Shown: in pieces, positions 1 through 9,345 of the stretch
Layout: each line of letters opens with the position of its first letter
How positions within the stretch are numbered: position 1 is the first letter of the stretch
Origin: an uncultured Candidatus Saccharibacteria bacterium
GTDB taxonomy: Bacteria; Patescibacteriota; CPR2_A; CAYFQT01
Direction: 5' to 3'
NCBI GenBank assembly: GCA_964345445.1
Contig: CAYFQT010000001.1
Span: 1-62,507, forward strand
DNA: 62,507 bases
Notes under the pieces: model-generated
What the model was told of the DNA's origin: nothing
Seen by the model: the letters and a program-made list of their open reading frames with translations, nothing else
The model's database searches: none
Program-made: the position numbers and the translations under genes

Positions 1-2
1 GC

Positions 3-1733
3 TTGTCTTTGGCAGCAATGACAATCAAAGTTGGAAGAATAACAAAAGAAAAAAATCAGGCTATAAACTTGACTCAAGAAGGAATAGAAGGAATAAGAAA
101 TATTAGGGATACTTATTGGTTGGAAGGAGATGATGAAGATGTTCAATGGCAGGCTTTTTTAACCGAGTTTAGCGGTGGTGAGTTTAATATTGAATATAAT
201 AAAACAGAAGAAAAATGGAAAAAAAGAACAGATGCTGAATGGTTTAAAGAAACAATAGATGGAAAGGAATTCCAAAGAAGAATAATTCTAGAAGATATTG
301 ATGCTAACAAGAAAAAAGTTACTGTTACTGTAAGCTGGGATAATGGATCCCAAACAGTATCTTCCATAAGTCAATTGACTAATTGGATAGGAGTAGATAT
401 TTCAGGAAGTGAACCTCCTCCTGTAAACTGTTCTTTTTTAGAAGATCCATATCTTTTAAATTCTAGTATTGATGATCCTGTTTCACCCAAGATTAATATT
501 GATTCTTCCGACAACCCTCATGTAACTTGGGTTAGATATCCAGAATCAACTAACTCAAATATTGGTTATGCCTATAAAACAGCTTCAGGATGGCAATCCC
601 TGCCAAATGCCAATGGAGACACAAAAGATATATTTGTTGCCCCATTTTTGTTAAATCCTACAGATGATAATCCATATGTAGCCTGGGCAGGCGCACCCAG
701 AGGAAATGTAGATACATTGTTTTCTAGGTGGGATCCAAGTGCCAATGGTGGGACTGGCGGCTGGACTCAGGCAGATGGAACATTACATCGAAATAAAGAT
801 TACGGCTATGATAATGTAAGTGATAATAATACAACTTCAAAAAAGGATGGAATATTCTTATTTACTGATAATTCAGTTAACAGAAACCCTAGAATTATAT
901 GGATTGATGATTGGACCGGAAATAAAAATATTTTATATTCTAAATATGACTCTGGCGCATGGTCTGATCCAACTTGTATAAATGATAGTTCATGTATATC
1001 ATTGAATCCTTCAAAAGTAAAAAATGATCTTAATAATGATAAAGTAGTTATTGTTTGGCAAGATGAAGTTATACAAACTGCACGCTATGCATCATCAGAT
1101 CATAACTTTAGTAGTTGGTCAATAGAAAATATAGGCACTATAGGTGCAAGTGGCAGACCTTCAGTAGATATAGATTCTTCAGGCTATTCTCATATCTCAT
1201 ATGTTGAGAATGATAAATTATATTATATAAAACAGACTAGTTCTGGCTGGACAGGAGCTGAAATGGTATACGACCTTGGCGCTAATAATTTAAGTGGGAG
1301 TGGTAGAATAGAAATAGACCCTTTTGGGAATCCACACATTTTTATTTCAGCTAGAAAAATGTTAACTCCAAGCTTTGTACACTTATTTCATGTCAAACAG
1401 ACTGGTTCCGGATGGACAACCCCTGTAATGATAAGCGATACTGCAGAAACGCCTGGAAGCCTTGATCCAATTACTGGGGATTATAAGGTCGCATTTGATT
1501 CTGTAGGTACACCTCATGTTGTATTTGAAAGACATTGGCTTACTAGACTTTATTATGTAAAATTATCACCGTCTGGCTGGACTACTCCTTGTCTTATTAC
1601 CTTAGTAGATACTCTAGGAGGTACTATATCTTGGGATATGGTAATGGATAGTAATAATAACATTCATGTTGTCTACAAGGATATTAACACTAAAGATATT
1701 TTATATGGTTCATTCAGCACCACCTCAGAATAA
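3..1733 (+). CDS. 5'-truncated type IV minor pilin-like protein (PilV-like) with a C-terminal beta-propeller-like adhesin region
   Basis: The frame is open from the window edge. The N-terminus (QEGIE..IR, KKVTVTVSW, LTNW) aligns by eye with the pilin domain of ORF 33785-35407. The C-terminus has repeated 'D..G.PHI.W/Y' blades. Confidence 0.65.
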   Translation: MSLAAMTIKVGRITKEKNQAINLTQEGIEGIRNIRDTYWLEGDDEDVQWQAFLTEFSGGEFNIEYNKTEEKWKKRTDAEWFKETIDGKEFQRRIILEDIDANKKKVTVTVSWDNGSQTVSSISQLTNWIGVDISGSEPPPVNCSFLEDPYLLNSSIDDPVSPKINIDSSDNPHVTWVRYPESTNSNIGYAYKTASGWQSLPNANGDTKDIFVAPFLLNPTDDNPYVAWAGAPRGNVDTLFSRWDPSANGGTGGWTQADGTLHRNKDYGYDNVSDNNTTSKKDGIFLFTDNSVNRNPRIIWIDDWTGNKNILYSKYDSGAWSDPTCINDSSCISLNPSKVKNDLNNDKVVIVWQDEVIQTARYASSDHNFSSWSIENIGTIGASGRPSVDIDSSGYSHISYVENDKLYYIKQTSSGWTGAEMVYDLGANNLSGSGRIEIDPFGNPHIFISARKMLTPSFVHLFHVKQTGSGWTTPVMISDTAETPGSLDPITGDYKVAFDSVGTPHVVFERHWLTRLYYVKLSPSGWTTPCLITLVDTLGGTISWDMVMDSNNNIHVVYKDINTKDILYGSFSTTSE

Positions 1734-1762
1734 GATAAACAAAAAGGAAATATTATAAAAAT

Positions 1763-1915
1763 ATGAAGATGAATCGTGGACAAACATTAATAGAAGTTGT
1801 TATAGCCACTGGAATAATAGTGGTTGTTTTAGTAGGTTGCTTGTCTTTGGCAGTAATGACTATAAAAAACCGAATAAAATTGGGATTTATATTAAAAGAA
1901 AAAAGTTTAGGATAA
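1763..1915 (+). pseudogene. Truncated 50-aa prepilin fragment, a paralog of the upstream gene
   Basis: Hand translation: MKMNRG|QTLIEVVIATGIIVVVLVGCLSLAVMTIKNRIKLGFILKEKSLG*. It has a class III signal with E at +5. Bases 1839-1867 match bases 1-29 at 26 of 29 positions. Confidence 0.7.
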
Positions 1916-1957
1916 AAAGATATATTTTTATATTATTAATTAAGATAAAAAAATAAT

Positions 1958-1988
1958 AAAACCAGGCAGTCAAAATCCTGGTTTTTTT
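1958..1988 (+). terminator. Intrinsic terminator
   Basis: AAAACCAGG-loop-CCTGGTTTT followed by a T run. Confidence 0.7.
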
Positions 1989-1995
1989 AAAACCC

Positions 1996-2025
1996 TTGAC
2001 AAATTTTTTTAATTTATGTTATACT
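1996..2025 (+). promoter_or_regulatory. Sigma70-type promoter
   Basis: TTGACA-18-TATACT with an extended TG. Confidence 0.65.
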
Positions 2026-2050
2026 GGATTCTCATATAAATTAAGAAATA

Positions 2051-2185
2051 AAATCCTAAATACTAAATCCGAAATACTAAACAATTTCAAAACTCTAATA
2101 TTCAAATGTTCTAAACAACTGTTTTGGTAATTTGAATTTAGATATTAGGATTTGTTTAGGATTTAGATATTAGAAATTAGGATTT
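2051..2185. repeat. Heptad-periodic imperfect palindrome (copy A) in a 5' UTR
   Basis: The 5' arm AAATCCT AAATACT AAATCCG AAATACT pairs with the 3' arm ...AGGATTT AGATATT AGAAATT AGGATTT. Confidence 0.85.
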
Positions 2186-2202
2186 AATAAAAAGGAAAAA
2201 AT

Positions 2203-3489
2203 ATGGAGCTTACTCCCAAACAACAAGCTATAGAATTGGTAAAAAAAAGCAATAAAATTCTGGTTGTAACTCACACAAACCCTGATGGTGATGCCATAGG
2301 TTCCACTTTGGCTTTATATTTGACTTTAAAAAAAATAGGTAAAGAAGTAACAGCTGTATGTAGTGAGGGAGTACCAGAGACTTTCCGATTTTTGCCCTCT
2401 GTAGAAAGCATTGCCAGAGATTTTGTTGGAACTCGCGATTTTATAGTAATCTTAGATACAAGCCAAACTGAGGTAGATAAATTAAGCTATAACATAGAAG
2501 ATAATAAATTAAATGTAATTATTACTCCTCGTGGAGGAGAATTCTCTTCAAAAGATGTGAGTTTTTCCAAGGGCACTTATAAATTTGATCTAATTTTTGT
2601 ACTAGACTGTACTGATTTAGAACGTCTTGGCCCTATTTATGATCAGAATACGGAAATGTTTTTTGGGACCCCAGTTGTAAATATTGACCATCATGGAGGA
2701 AATGATTATTTTGGTGAGGTTGACTTAGTTGATTTAACAGCGACTTCCACTTCTGAAATCCTTCTTTCACTGTTTGAATCTTTGGATAGTCAATTAATAG
2801 ACGAAGATATTGCTACTAGTTTACTTTGTGGTATTATTACCGATACTGGTAGTTTTCAAAATACCAACACCACTCCAAAATCTTTAACCATTGCTGCTCA
2901 ACTTGTAGCCACAGGCGGAAGACAGCAAGAAATCATCCGTCATATTTATAAAACCAAACCGCTTTCTACCTTAAAACTTTGGGGCCGAGTTTTATCTAAT
3001 ATTAAAAGTGAACCTAATTTGCATTTAGTCTGGTCTTTTGTTACTCTTTCTGATATTCAAGAATGTAAAGCCTCTTCTGAAGAAATTTCCGGAGTTATTG
3101 ATGAACTTTTAACTAGTGCCCCCAATGCTGACATAGTATTATTACTTTCTGAACGTACAGCAGGGGTGATTTTTGGAAGTATACGCACAACTAAGGCTTA
3201 TGATGCCAATAAATTAGCTTCTTTATTTGGAGGTGGTGGGCACGCAAGATCAGCTGGTTTTAGGATAGAAAATATTAATTTAGAACAAGCAAAAAGTGAA
3301 GTTATTAATAAAATTAAAGATTTTCAACAAAAAGAAGAGCAAGAAAATAAAAATCAACAAAATACACAACCAGAAAAAAATAAAAATAATTCCCCTTCTG
3401 ATAATCAAAAAAACAATAAAAAAACTATAGAAATAGATAAACTTATAGAAAAAATAAAAAATCAACACAAAACAAATGAAGAAAAATAG
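2203..3489 (+). CDS. nrnA: DHH/DHHA1 family phosphoesterase (NrnA-like oligoribonuclease)
   Basis: H.NPDGD, DHH, DTGSF and GGGH motifs. Confidence 0.85.
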   Translation: MELTPKQQAIELVKKSNKILVVTHTNPDGDAIGSTLALYLTLKKIGKEVTAVCSEGVPETFRFLPSVESIARDFVGTRDFIVILDTSQTEVDKLSYNIEDNKLNVIITPRGGEFSSKDVSFSKGTYKFDLIFVLDCTDLERLGPIYDQNTEMFFGTPVVNIDHHGGNDYFGEVDLVDLTATSTSEILLSLFESLDSQLIDEDIATSLLCGIITDTGSFQNTNTTPKSLTIAAQLVATGGRQQEIIRHIYKTKPLSTLKLWGRVLSNIKSEPNLHLVWSFVTLSDIQECKASSEEISGVIDELLTSAPNADIVLLLSERTAGVIFGSIRTTKAYDANKLASLFGGGGHARSAGFRIENINLEQAKSEVINKIKDFQQKEEQENKNQQNTQPEKNKNNSPSDNQKNNKKTIEIDKLIEKIKNQHKTNEEK

Positions 3490-3552
3490 ATTTAAAAGCT
3501 GGCTAGAAACGAAAATCCACGGGCAAATCTGTGGTTTTCTTAGTAGTCAATA

Positions 3553-3581
3553 TTGTCCAATCTCCTTTATTATGATATAAT
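3553..3581 (+). promoter_or_regulatory. Promoter for rpsO
   Basis: TTGTCC-17-TATAAT with an extended TG. Confidence 0.55.
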
Positions 3582-3612
3582 ACTTTCATAGAAAAGGAGT
3601 TGCGAAAAAAAT

Positions 3613-3879
3613 ATGTTAAGAAAAGAAACCAAAGAAAAATTGATCAAAAAATTTTCTATTCATAAAAAAGACACAGGATCTTCTGAGATTCAGATTGCTT
3701 TATTGACTGAAAAAATAAAACAATTAACAGAACATTTAAAAAAACACAAAAAAGACTATCATTCAAGACGGGGTCTTCTTAAAATGGTTGGGAAGAGAAG
3801 AAGATTACTCAATTATTTAATAAAAAAAGATAGTAAAAAATATAATACTTTAATAGAAAAATTAAAATTAAGAAAATGA
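3613..3879 (+). CDS. rpsO: 30S ribosomal protein S15
   Basis: [13 protein letters not shown] and [20 protein letters not shown] motifs; adjacent to pnp. Confidence 0.97.
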   Translation: MLRKETKEKLIKKFSIHKKDTGSSEIQIALLTEKIKQLTEHLKKHKKDYHSRRGLLKMVGKRRRLLNYLIKKDSKKYNTLIEKLKLRK

Positions 3880-3880
3880 A

Positions 3881-4043
3881 AGTAAAGTATTAAGTAAAAG
3901 TATTAGTTATTGGGAATTAGGAATTAGTACTATTTAAATATCAGTAATAGTTTTATTAGGAATTTGCTTAATTTACTTACTGTAAGTGAAACATTTGTTT
4001 TATTTGACTTATTCCTAGTTACTAGTTCCTTGTACTAATACCT
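3881..4043. repeat. Heptad-like imperfect palindrome
   Basis: AGTATTAGT..GGAATTAGGAATTAGTAC pairs with TTCCTAGTTACTAGTTCC..ACTAATAC. Confidence 0.6.
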
Positions 4044-4053
4044 TAAAAAGTGC

Positions 4054-4213
4054 TAAGAGTCAGAGCTTTGAAGAATTGTTCAAATTGTTCAATCGCTTCT
4101 TCGCCCAGAAAGATTTCTGGACAAGCTTGTTCAAGATGTTCAAATTAAAAAGTTTAAACAAAGCTGAAAGGCCGATTGAACATCCAAGAACATCTTCTTA
4201 TCTCTGATTCTTA
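4054..4213. repeat. Palindromic element with 9-nt TGTTCAA/TTGAACA units
   Basis: Closed by TAAGAGTCAGAG/CTCTGATTCTTA; internal AATTGTTCAAATTGTTCAA, TTGTTCAAGATGTTCAA and TTGAACATCCAAGAACA. Confidence 0.6.
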
Positions 4214-4451
4214 GTACGAAAATCATCCCAAAAACCACGGCAGATGTGGTAGAAAGGGATAAACTAACTGAAACACCAAGGGTTCTTATTGTGTTTCAGT
4301 TCTTTTCTGTAATTACATTATATTTATTTAAGTATGTTAAGTATGAAAAAAGGATAAATGAAAAATTTTGGGGATGGTTTAGACGACCTATTCTCTTAAT
4401 GTTATGAGGGTAGGTTATTCTGTAAAAATTATAAATTAATTTTGTGGTACT

Positions 4452-4523
4452 GCCCTATCATTCACTTCCAGTTTCGATAGGGCCTCGGTCTCTGTAATGA
4501 ATGGATAACAGAGACCTCGGGAG
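4452..4523 (+). promoter_or_regulatory. Two-hairpin leader motif upstream of pnp (shared with rnj)
   Basis: GCCCTATC/GATAGGGC stem, AGGGCCTCGG, GGTCTCTGT/ACAGAGACC stem, then CCTCGGGAG 6 nt before the ATG. Confidence 0.7.
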
Positions 4524-4529
4524 AAAAAA

Positions 4530-6629
4530 ATGGAATCAATAAAAGTAAAAACTAAATTAGAAGGTGTAAATTTAATTTTAGAATCAGGAAAAATTGCTCC
4601 TCAAGCTAATGGTTCAGTTGTTGTTAGATATGGAGATACAGTTATTTTAGCCACTGTAGTTATGTCAAAAGAGCCTCGAGAAGGAATTGATTTTCTGCCT
4701 CTTTTAGTAGATTATGAAGAAAGATTGTATGCTGCTGGAAAAATCTCTTCAAGCAGGTTTGTAAAAAGAGAGGGCAAACCATCTGAAGAGGCTATCCTGG
4801 TATCTCGACTTGTAGACAGAAGCCTACGACCTCTTTTCCCTAAAGAATTATATAATGATATTCAAATAATCATTACTGTCCTGTCTGTAGATAATGAAAA
4901 CGATCCAGTTATTGCTTCTATAATTGGGGCATCAGCTGCCTTATGTTCTTCTAATATCCCTTTTTCAACTCTCCTAGGGGCAATAAGAGTTGGAAAAGTG
5001 GATAATCAACTTGTTTTAAATCCTGGATATCAAAAAAGACAAAAAAGTGATTTAGATTTAGTCATTTCAGCAACCTCTGACAAAATTATTATGATAGAAA
5101 CAGAGGCAAATCAAATATCTGAAGAGATAATTGAAAAAGGTATTGAATTTGGACATAAATATATTAAAAAAATTATTGCTATCCAGCAAGAGTTAGTTAA
5201 AAAAACTGGCAGAAAAAAAGAAAAAGTCCCCCAAAAAGAAAAAAATCCCAAATTATTAAAAAAAGCTCAAGAATTCTTAGAGACCAGGGTTCAAAAAACT
5301 TTTCTTAAAGACAAATTAAAGCGAGACGAAGCAATAAATGATCTAAGAAATAAACTAATTGAAAGTTTAAAACTGGAAGATGAGGAAGAAGAAAAAGAAG
5401 CAGATAAAATATTCAATGAATTTATAGAAGAAAAAATAAGGGAAAATATTTTACAAAAAGAAATTAGAGTGGATGGTCGAAAATTAGATGAAATTCGTCC
5501 TATTTCTTGCCAAGTTGAAGTATTGCCCCGAACCCATGGCTCAGGAATTATAAAAAGAGGTTATACCCAAATATTAACTATTGCTACTTTAGGTTCTTCC
5601 TCAGCTGAACAAATTTTAGAAGGGTTAAAACCGGAAACAACTAAACGTTTTATGCATCATTATAATTTCCCTCCTTTTAGCGTAGGGGAAACTTCCCCCT
5701 TGCGTTTTCCTTCACGAAGAGAAATTGGTCATGGCGCTTTAGCTGAAAAAGCTTTAAAACCTGTGATGCCCAATCAAGAAAAATTTCCTTACACTATTCG
5801 ATTAGTTTCTGAAGTCCTGTCCTCTGACGGATCAACATCTATGGGTTCTGTCTGTGGTAGCACTTTAGCTTTAATGGATGCGGGAGTTCCTATTGCAGAA
5901 GCTGTGGCTGGAGTTGCTATGGGATTATTTTCAGAAGATAAACCAAAGTCCAAATATAAAATTTTAACTGATATCTCCGGGCTGGAAGACTTCTGTGGGA
6001 ATATGGATTTTAAAGTAGCCGGGACTCGTAAAGGTATCACTGCCCTGCAAATGGATATAAAACTTTCAGGTATCAATTTAAATTTAATAAAAGAAATATT
6101 ACAAAAAGCTAAAAAAGCTCGGCTTAAAATTCTTCAAAAAATAACTGATACAATTCCTTACCCTAGAAAAGAACTTTCCATATATGCTCCTCGAATTGCC
6201 ACTTTAAATATAAATCCTGAAAAAATCCGCGATGTAATTGGCCCAGCAGGCAAGACTATAAATAAAATAATCCAAGAAACAGGGGTAGAAATTGATATTG
6301 AAGAGGGGGGACAAATCAATATATTTTCCTCGGATTCTAAACAAATTAAAAAAGCAGTAAAATATATTAAAGATTTAACCAAAGAAGTAAAGATAGGTGA
6401 AATTTACAATGGTAAAGTAACCAAAATTACTGACTTTGGAGCTTTTGTAGAAATTCTACCTGGGCAAGAAGGATTGGTTCATATTTCTCAATTAGCCCCT
6501 TATCGCATAGATAATATAAAAGATGAAGTAAAAATGGGTGATGAAATTCCTGTTAAAGTAATAGGAATTGATGAACAAGGTAGAATTAATCTCTCTAAAA
6601 AAGTTCTTATTCCTCGATCTAAAAAATAA
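4530..6629 (+). CDS. pnp: Polyribonucleotide nucleotidyltransferase (PNPase)
   Basis: Two RNase PH domains (RREIGHG, DMDFKVAGT-like motif), KH and S1 domains. Confidence 0.97.
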   Translation: MESIKVKTKLEGVNLILESGKIAPQANGSVVVRYGDTVILATVVMSKEPREGIDFLPLLVDYEERLYAAGKISSSRFVKREGKPSEEAILVSRLVDRSLRPLFPKELYNDIQIIITVLSVDNENDPVIASIIGASAALCSSNIPFSTLLGAIRVGKVDNQLVLNPGYQKRQKSDLDLVISATSDKIIMIETEANQISEEIIEKGIEFGHKYIKKIIAIQQELVKKTGRKKEKVPQKEKNPKLLKKAQEFLETRVQKTFLKDKLKRDEAINDLRNKLIESLKLEDEEEEKEADKIFNEFIEEKIRENILQKEIRVDGRKLDEIRPISCQVEVLPRTHGSGIIKRGYTQILTIATLGSSSAEQILEGLKPETTKRFMHHYNFPPFSVGETSPLRFPSRREIGHGALAEKALKPVMPNQEKFPYTIRLVSEVLSSDGSTSMGSVCGSTLALMDAGVPIAEAVAGVAMGLFSEDKPKSKYKILTDISGLEDFCGNMDFKVAGTRKGITALQMDIKLSGINLNLIKEILQKAKKARLKILQKITDTIPYPRKELSIYAPRIATLNINPEKIRDVIGPAGKTINKIIQETGVEIDIEEGGQINIFSSDSKQIKKAVKYIKDLTKEVKIGEIYNGKVTKITDFGAFVEILPGQEGLVHISQLAPYRIDNIKDEVKMGDEIPVKVIGIDEQGRINLSKKVLIPRSKK

Positions 6630-6691
6630 GAACCTCACTTCGTGAGAACCTTGTTTCTCTCCCCCATCAATTCTGGTTGGGGATCAAAATA

Positions 6692-6756
6692 AGTAATAGT
6701 TATTAGGAATTAGGGATTTGTTTTATTTTTACTTATCCCATATTCCCTATTCCTTA
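6692..6756. repeat. Short heptad-periodic palindrome
   Basis: AGGAATT AGGGATT ... ATCCCAT ATTCCCT ATTCCTT. Confidence 0.55.
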
Positions 6757-6766
6757 GGTAATTTTT

Positions 6767-8632
6767 ATGCGTTGTAAAAATTGTGGAGAAGTAATATCTC
6801 CAAGTAGCTTACAATGTCCAAGCTGTGGTGCTCCAGTTAAATCCTTACCTGTAAAATTTAAAACTACTGGGTTAGATAAAAGAAAAAATAAAATTAAACC
6901 AAAAAAAAATAAATCTAAAAAAGAAAAATTTAAAATTGATACTCTCTCTTTGTCCAAAAAAAGAAAAAAAATTCGCAGGTTACAAATAACTGGTATTTTA
7001 TTTGTCGTCTTAGGCTTTTTTATTTTAGGAATTCTGGTCTTTTTAACTATCAAAACTCTCATCAAACCTTATAATTCTGCTTATCTTGTTCCCGAAGACG
7101 CAAGTATATATGTAAGTATTAAAATCCAGGAAGAACATCCTCAAATTGAAACATTTAAAAAAATTTCCAAAAAATTTACTTATTCTAAAGAAATTGACCA
7201 ATATGTCCAAGATATTATAAAAGAATTTATAGATGAAGATGAACTCAATTTTCAACAAGATATTAAACCTTGGGTTGGCGATGAACTGGTATTAATATGG
7301 TTACAAGGCGATGATAAACCAAAAGTTATGCTTTTGGAAAGCAAAAACAAAAAGGAAACTCAAAAAAACTTAGACAAACTATTCCAAAAAAACAAAGAAG
7401 GAAAAGAAAAAAATATATATCAACAAACTGAAATTACCACACAAGACAAAACACACTACACCCAGATAGATAATTATTTAGTTGTAAGTTCCAGCAGAGA
7501 AAATATTAAAAAAATTATCGATGTTAAAAAAAATAAAGATAAATCTTTGGCGAAAAATCAGACATTTGGTAAAGTAAAATCAAATTTATCTGAAGAAAAT
7601 TTATCATTCGTCTATTTTAATTTAAAAGAAGTTTTAAAACAAACAGAATTTGACAGAATATATAACTTAGATACTTTTTTCAATCAACAACTATTAAAAA
7701 CAGTTGAAGGTTATGGAGTAATACTGGTTGCAAATGATAATGGAATTAAATTAAAAGGATATTTATATGCTGATGAAAATAAAATAAAAAAACTAAACAG
7801 AACATTCAAAAGTGAAAGTTTTAAGCCTGCTTTAGTAAATCTTCTACCAGTAAGTAGCATTTTATATACAGAAAAAATCGATCTTAAAAAATCTATCCAG
7901 GAATTTCAAGAAAATATAAAAAAATCAAATTCAATGCTTAAAGATTATGTAGATGATACCAAAAGTAGTTTAGGCAACCAATACGATATTGATATTGATG
8001 AGGATATTTTCTCTTGGATGGATTTAAATTGTGCTTTAATAATAACTCCACATATTAAAAAAGAAAAAACAAATTCTTCCCAATTAAGTTTTGACTTAAG
8101 TGTAATATTTGATTTGAAAGATAAAAATAAAGTTTCAGAAAAAATGGAAAAGATAAAAAATATTATTCAGGAGAAAGAAAATATATTACCAAAAGACATT
8201 CAAGCAACAGAATATATATTAGGAAATAAAATAGGAATGCAATTTGAAGAAACAGAGAGAGAAGGAGAAAAAATTTATTCTCTCCCACTTCCTGAATATC
8301 CTGGTTTTACTTTCAACTATGTATTCGTTGAAGATAAGTTAATCTTTTCTTCTTCCCTAGAAGCAATTTCTTCCATTTTGCAAGTAATAAAAAATTCAGA
8401 TAAAAATTTAGCTTCAGACAGTACTTTTTCTCAAACTATATCAGAATTTCCCCAAGAAAGCAGTGGGCTGTTCTACTTAAATGTCCAAAATTTAATTGAC
8501 ATAATAAATCTTGATGATTATCAAATCAACAATATATATCTTCCTTACATCAAATCAATTAAATCAGTAGGGCTCACCTTCGAAAGTTCTGAAAACGAAA
8601 TTACAACTTATGGATTTTTATTGATAAAGTAA
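6767..8632 (+). CDS. Zinc-ribbon, single-TM, DUF3352-like membrane protein
   Basis: N-terminal CxxC...CxxC, Lys-rich linker, TM helix and DUF3352-like segments (DIKPWVGDE, Y...DNYLVV). Confidence 0.65.
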   Translation: MRCKNCGEVISPSSLQCPSCGAPVKSLPVKFKTTGLDKRKNKIKPKKNKSKKEKFKIDTLSLSKKRKKIRRLQITGILFVVLGFFILGILVFLTIKTLIKPYNSAYLVPEDASIYVSIKIQEEHPQIETFKKISKKFTYSKEIDQYVQDIIKEFIDEDELNFQQDIKPWVGDELVLIWLQGDDKPKVMLLESKNKKETQKNLDKLFQKNKEGKEKNIYQQTEITTQDKTHYTQIDNYLVVSSSRENIKKIIDVKKNKDKSLAKNQTFGKVKSNLSEENLSFVYFNLKEVLKQTEFDRIYNLDTFFNQQLLKTVEGYGVILVANDNGIKLKGYLYADENKIKKLNRTFKSESFKPALVNLLPVSSILYTEKIDLKKSIQEFQENIKKSNSMLKDYVDDTKSSLGNQYDIDIDEDIFSWMDLNCALIITPHIKKEKTNSSQLSFDLSVIFDLKDKNKVSEKMEKIKNIIQEKENILPKDIQATEYILGNKIGMQFEETEREGEKIYSLPLPEYPGFTFNYVFVEDKLIFSSSLEAISSILQVIKNSDKNLASDSTFSQTISEFPQESSGLFYLNVQNLIDIINLDDYQINNIYLPYIKSIKSVGLTFESSENEITTYGFLLIK

Positions 8633-8726
8633 GGAATTAAGATTCATAAAGATGATCCTCTTGGCAATAAATTGCCCAGATTCCAAAGAGATTATTTATA
8701 GCTTCATCTCTTATTAAGATATTAAA

Positions 8727-9323
8727 ATGACACAAGAAGAAATAAATCAAGAAATCCAAAATTGCAAAAAATGTTCTCTATATAAAACAAGGGCTCATCC
8801 TGTACCTGGAGAAGGAAATCCTAAAGCAGAAATAATGTTTATCGGAGAAGGACCAGGGAAAAATGAAGATTTACAAGGACGTCCCTTTGTTGGTGCAGCT
8901 GGAAAATTTTTAGAAGAACTTTTAACTCTAATTAATCTTAAAAGAAAAGATGTATTTATCAGCAATGTAATAAAATGTAGAACGCCTGGGAACAGAGATC
9001 CACATCCTGAAGAAATTGAATCTTGTCTCCCCTATTTAAAAAAACAAATTAATATTATAAAACCTAAATTAATTGTTACTTTAGGTCGTTACTCCTTGGG
9101 AGAATTTCTAAAAGGAGCAAGTATCTCCAAAGTTCATGGGAAGCTTTTTAGAAAAGGAAATCAATTTTATTTTCCTTCCTACCATCCAGCTGTGGGGATT
9201 TATAGAAATAATTTGAAAAAAACTATAAAAGAAGACATAAAAAAGATTCCTAAAGTCTTGGAAACAATAGATAAACTAAAAGAAGAAAAATCAGACACCA
9301 ATGAACAATTGGGAATATTTTAA
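8727..9323 (+). CDS. Uracil-DNA glycosylase family 4 (Fe-S)
   Basis: CxxC, GEGPG, GRPFVG, N..KCR.P.NR.P and YHP motifs. Confidence 0.92.
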   Translation: MTQEEINQEIQNCKKCSLYKTRAHPVPGEGNPKAEIMFIGEGPGKNEDLQGRPFVGAAGKFLEELLTLINLKRKDVFISNVIKCRTPGNRDPHPEEIESCLPYLKKQINIIKPKLIVTLGRYSLGEFLKGASISKVHGKLFRKGNQFYFPSYHPAVGIYRNNLKKTIKEDIKKIPKVLETIDKLKEEKSDTNEQLGIF

Positions 9324-9345
9324 GTATTAATAGGTTATCAATCTG

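Noticed and set aside
3497-3550. CCACGG..TGTGG hairpin before rpsO, similar to 4222-4260, as a possible S15 autoregulatory site
   Set aside because: It lies upstream of the predicted rpsO promoter, and the similarity is too short to call.
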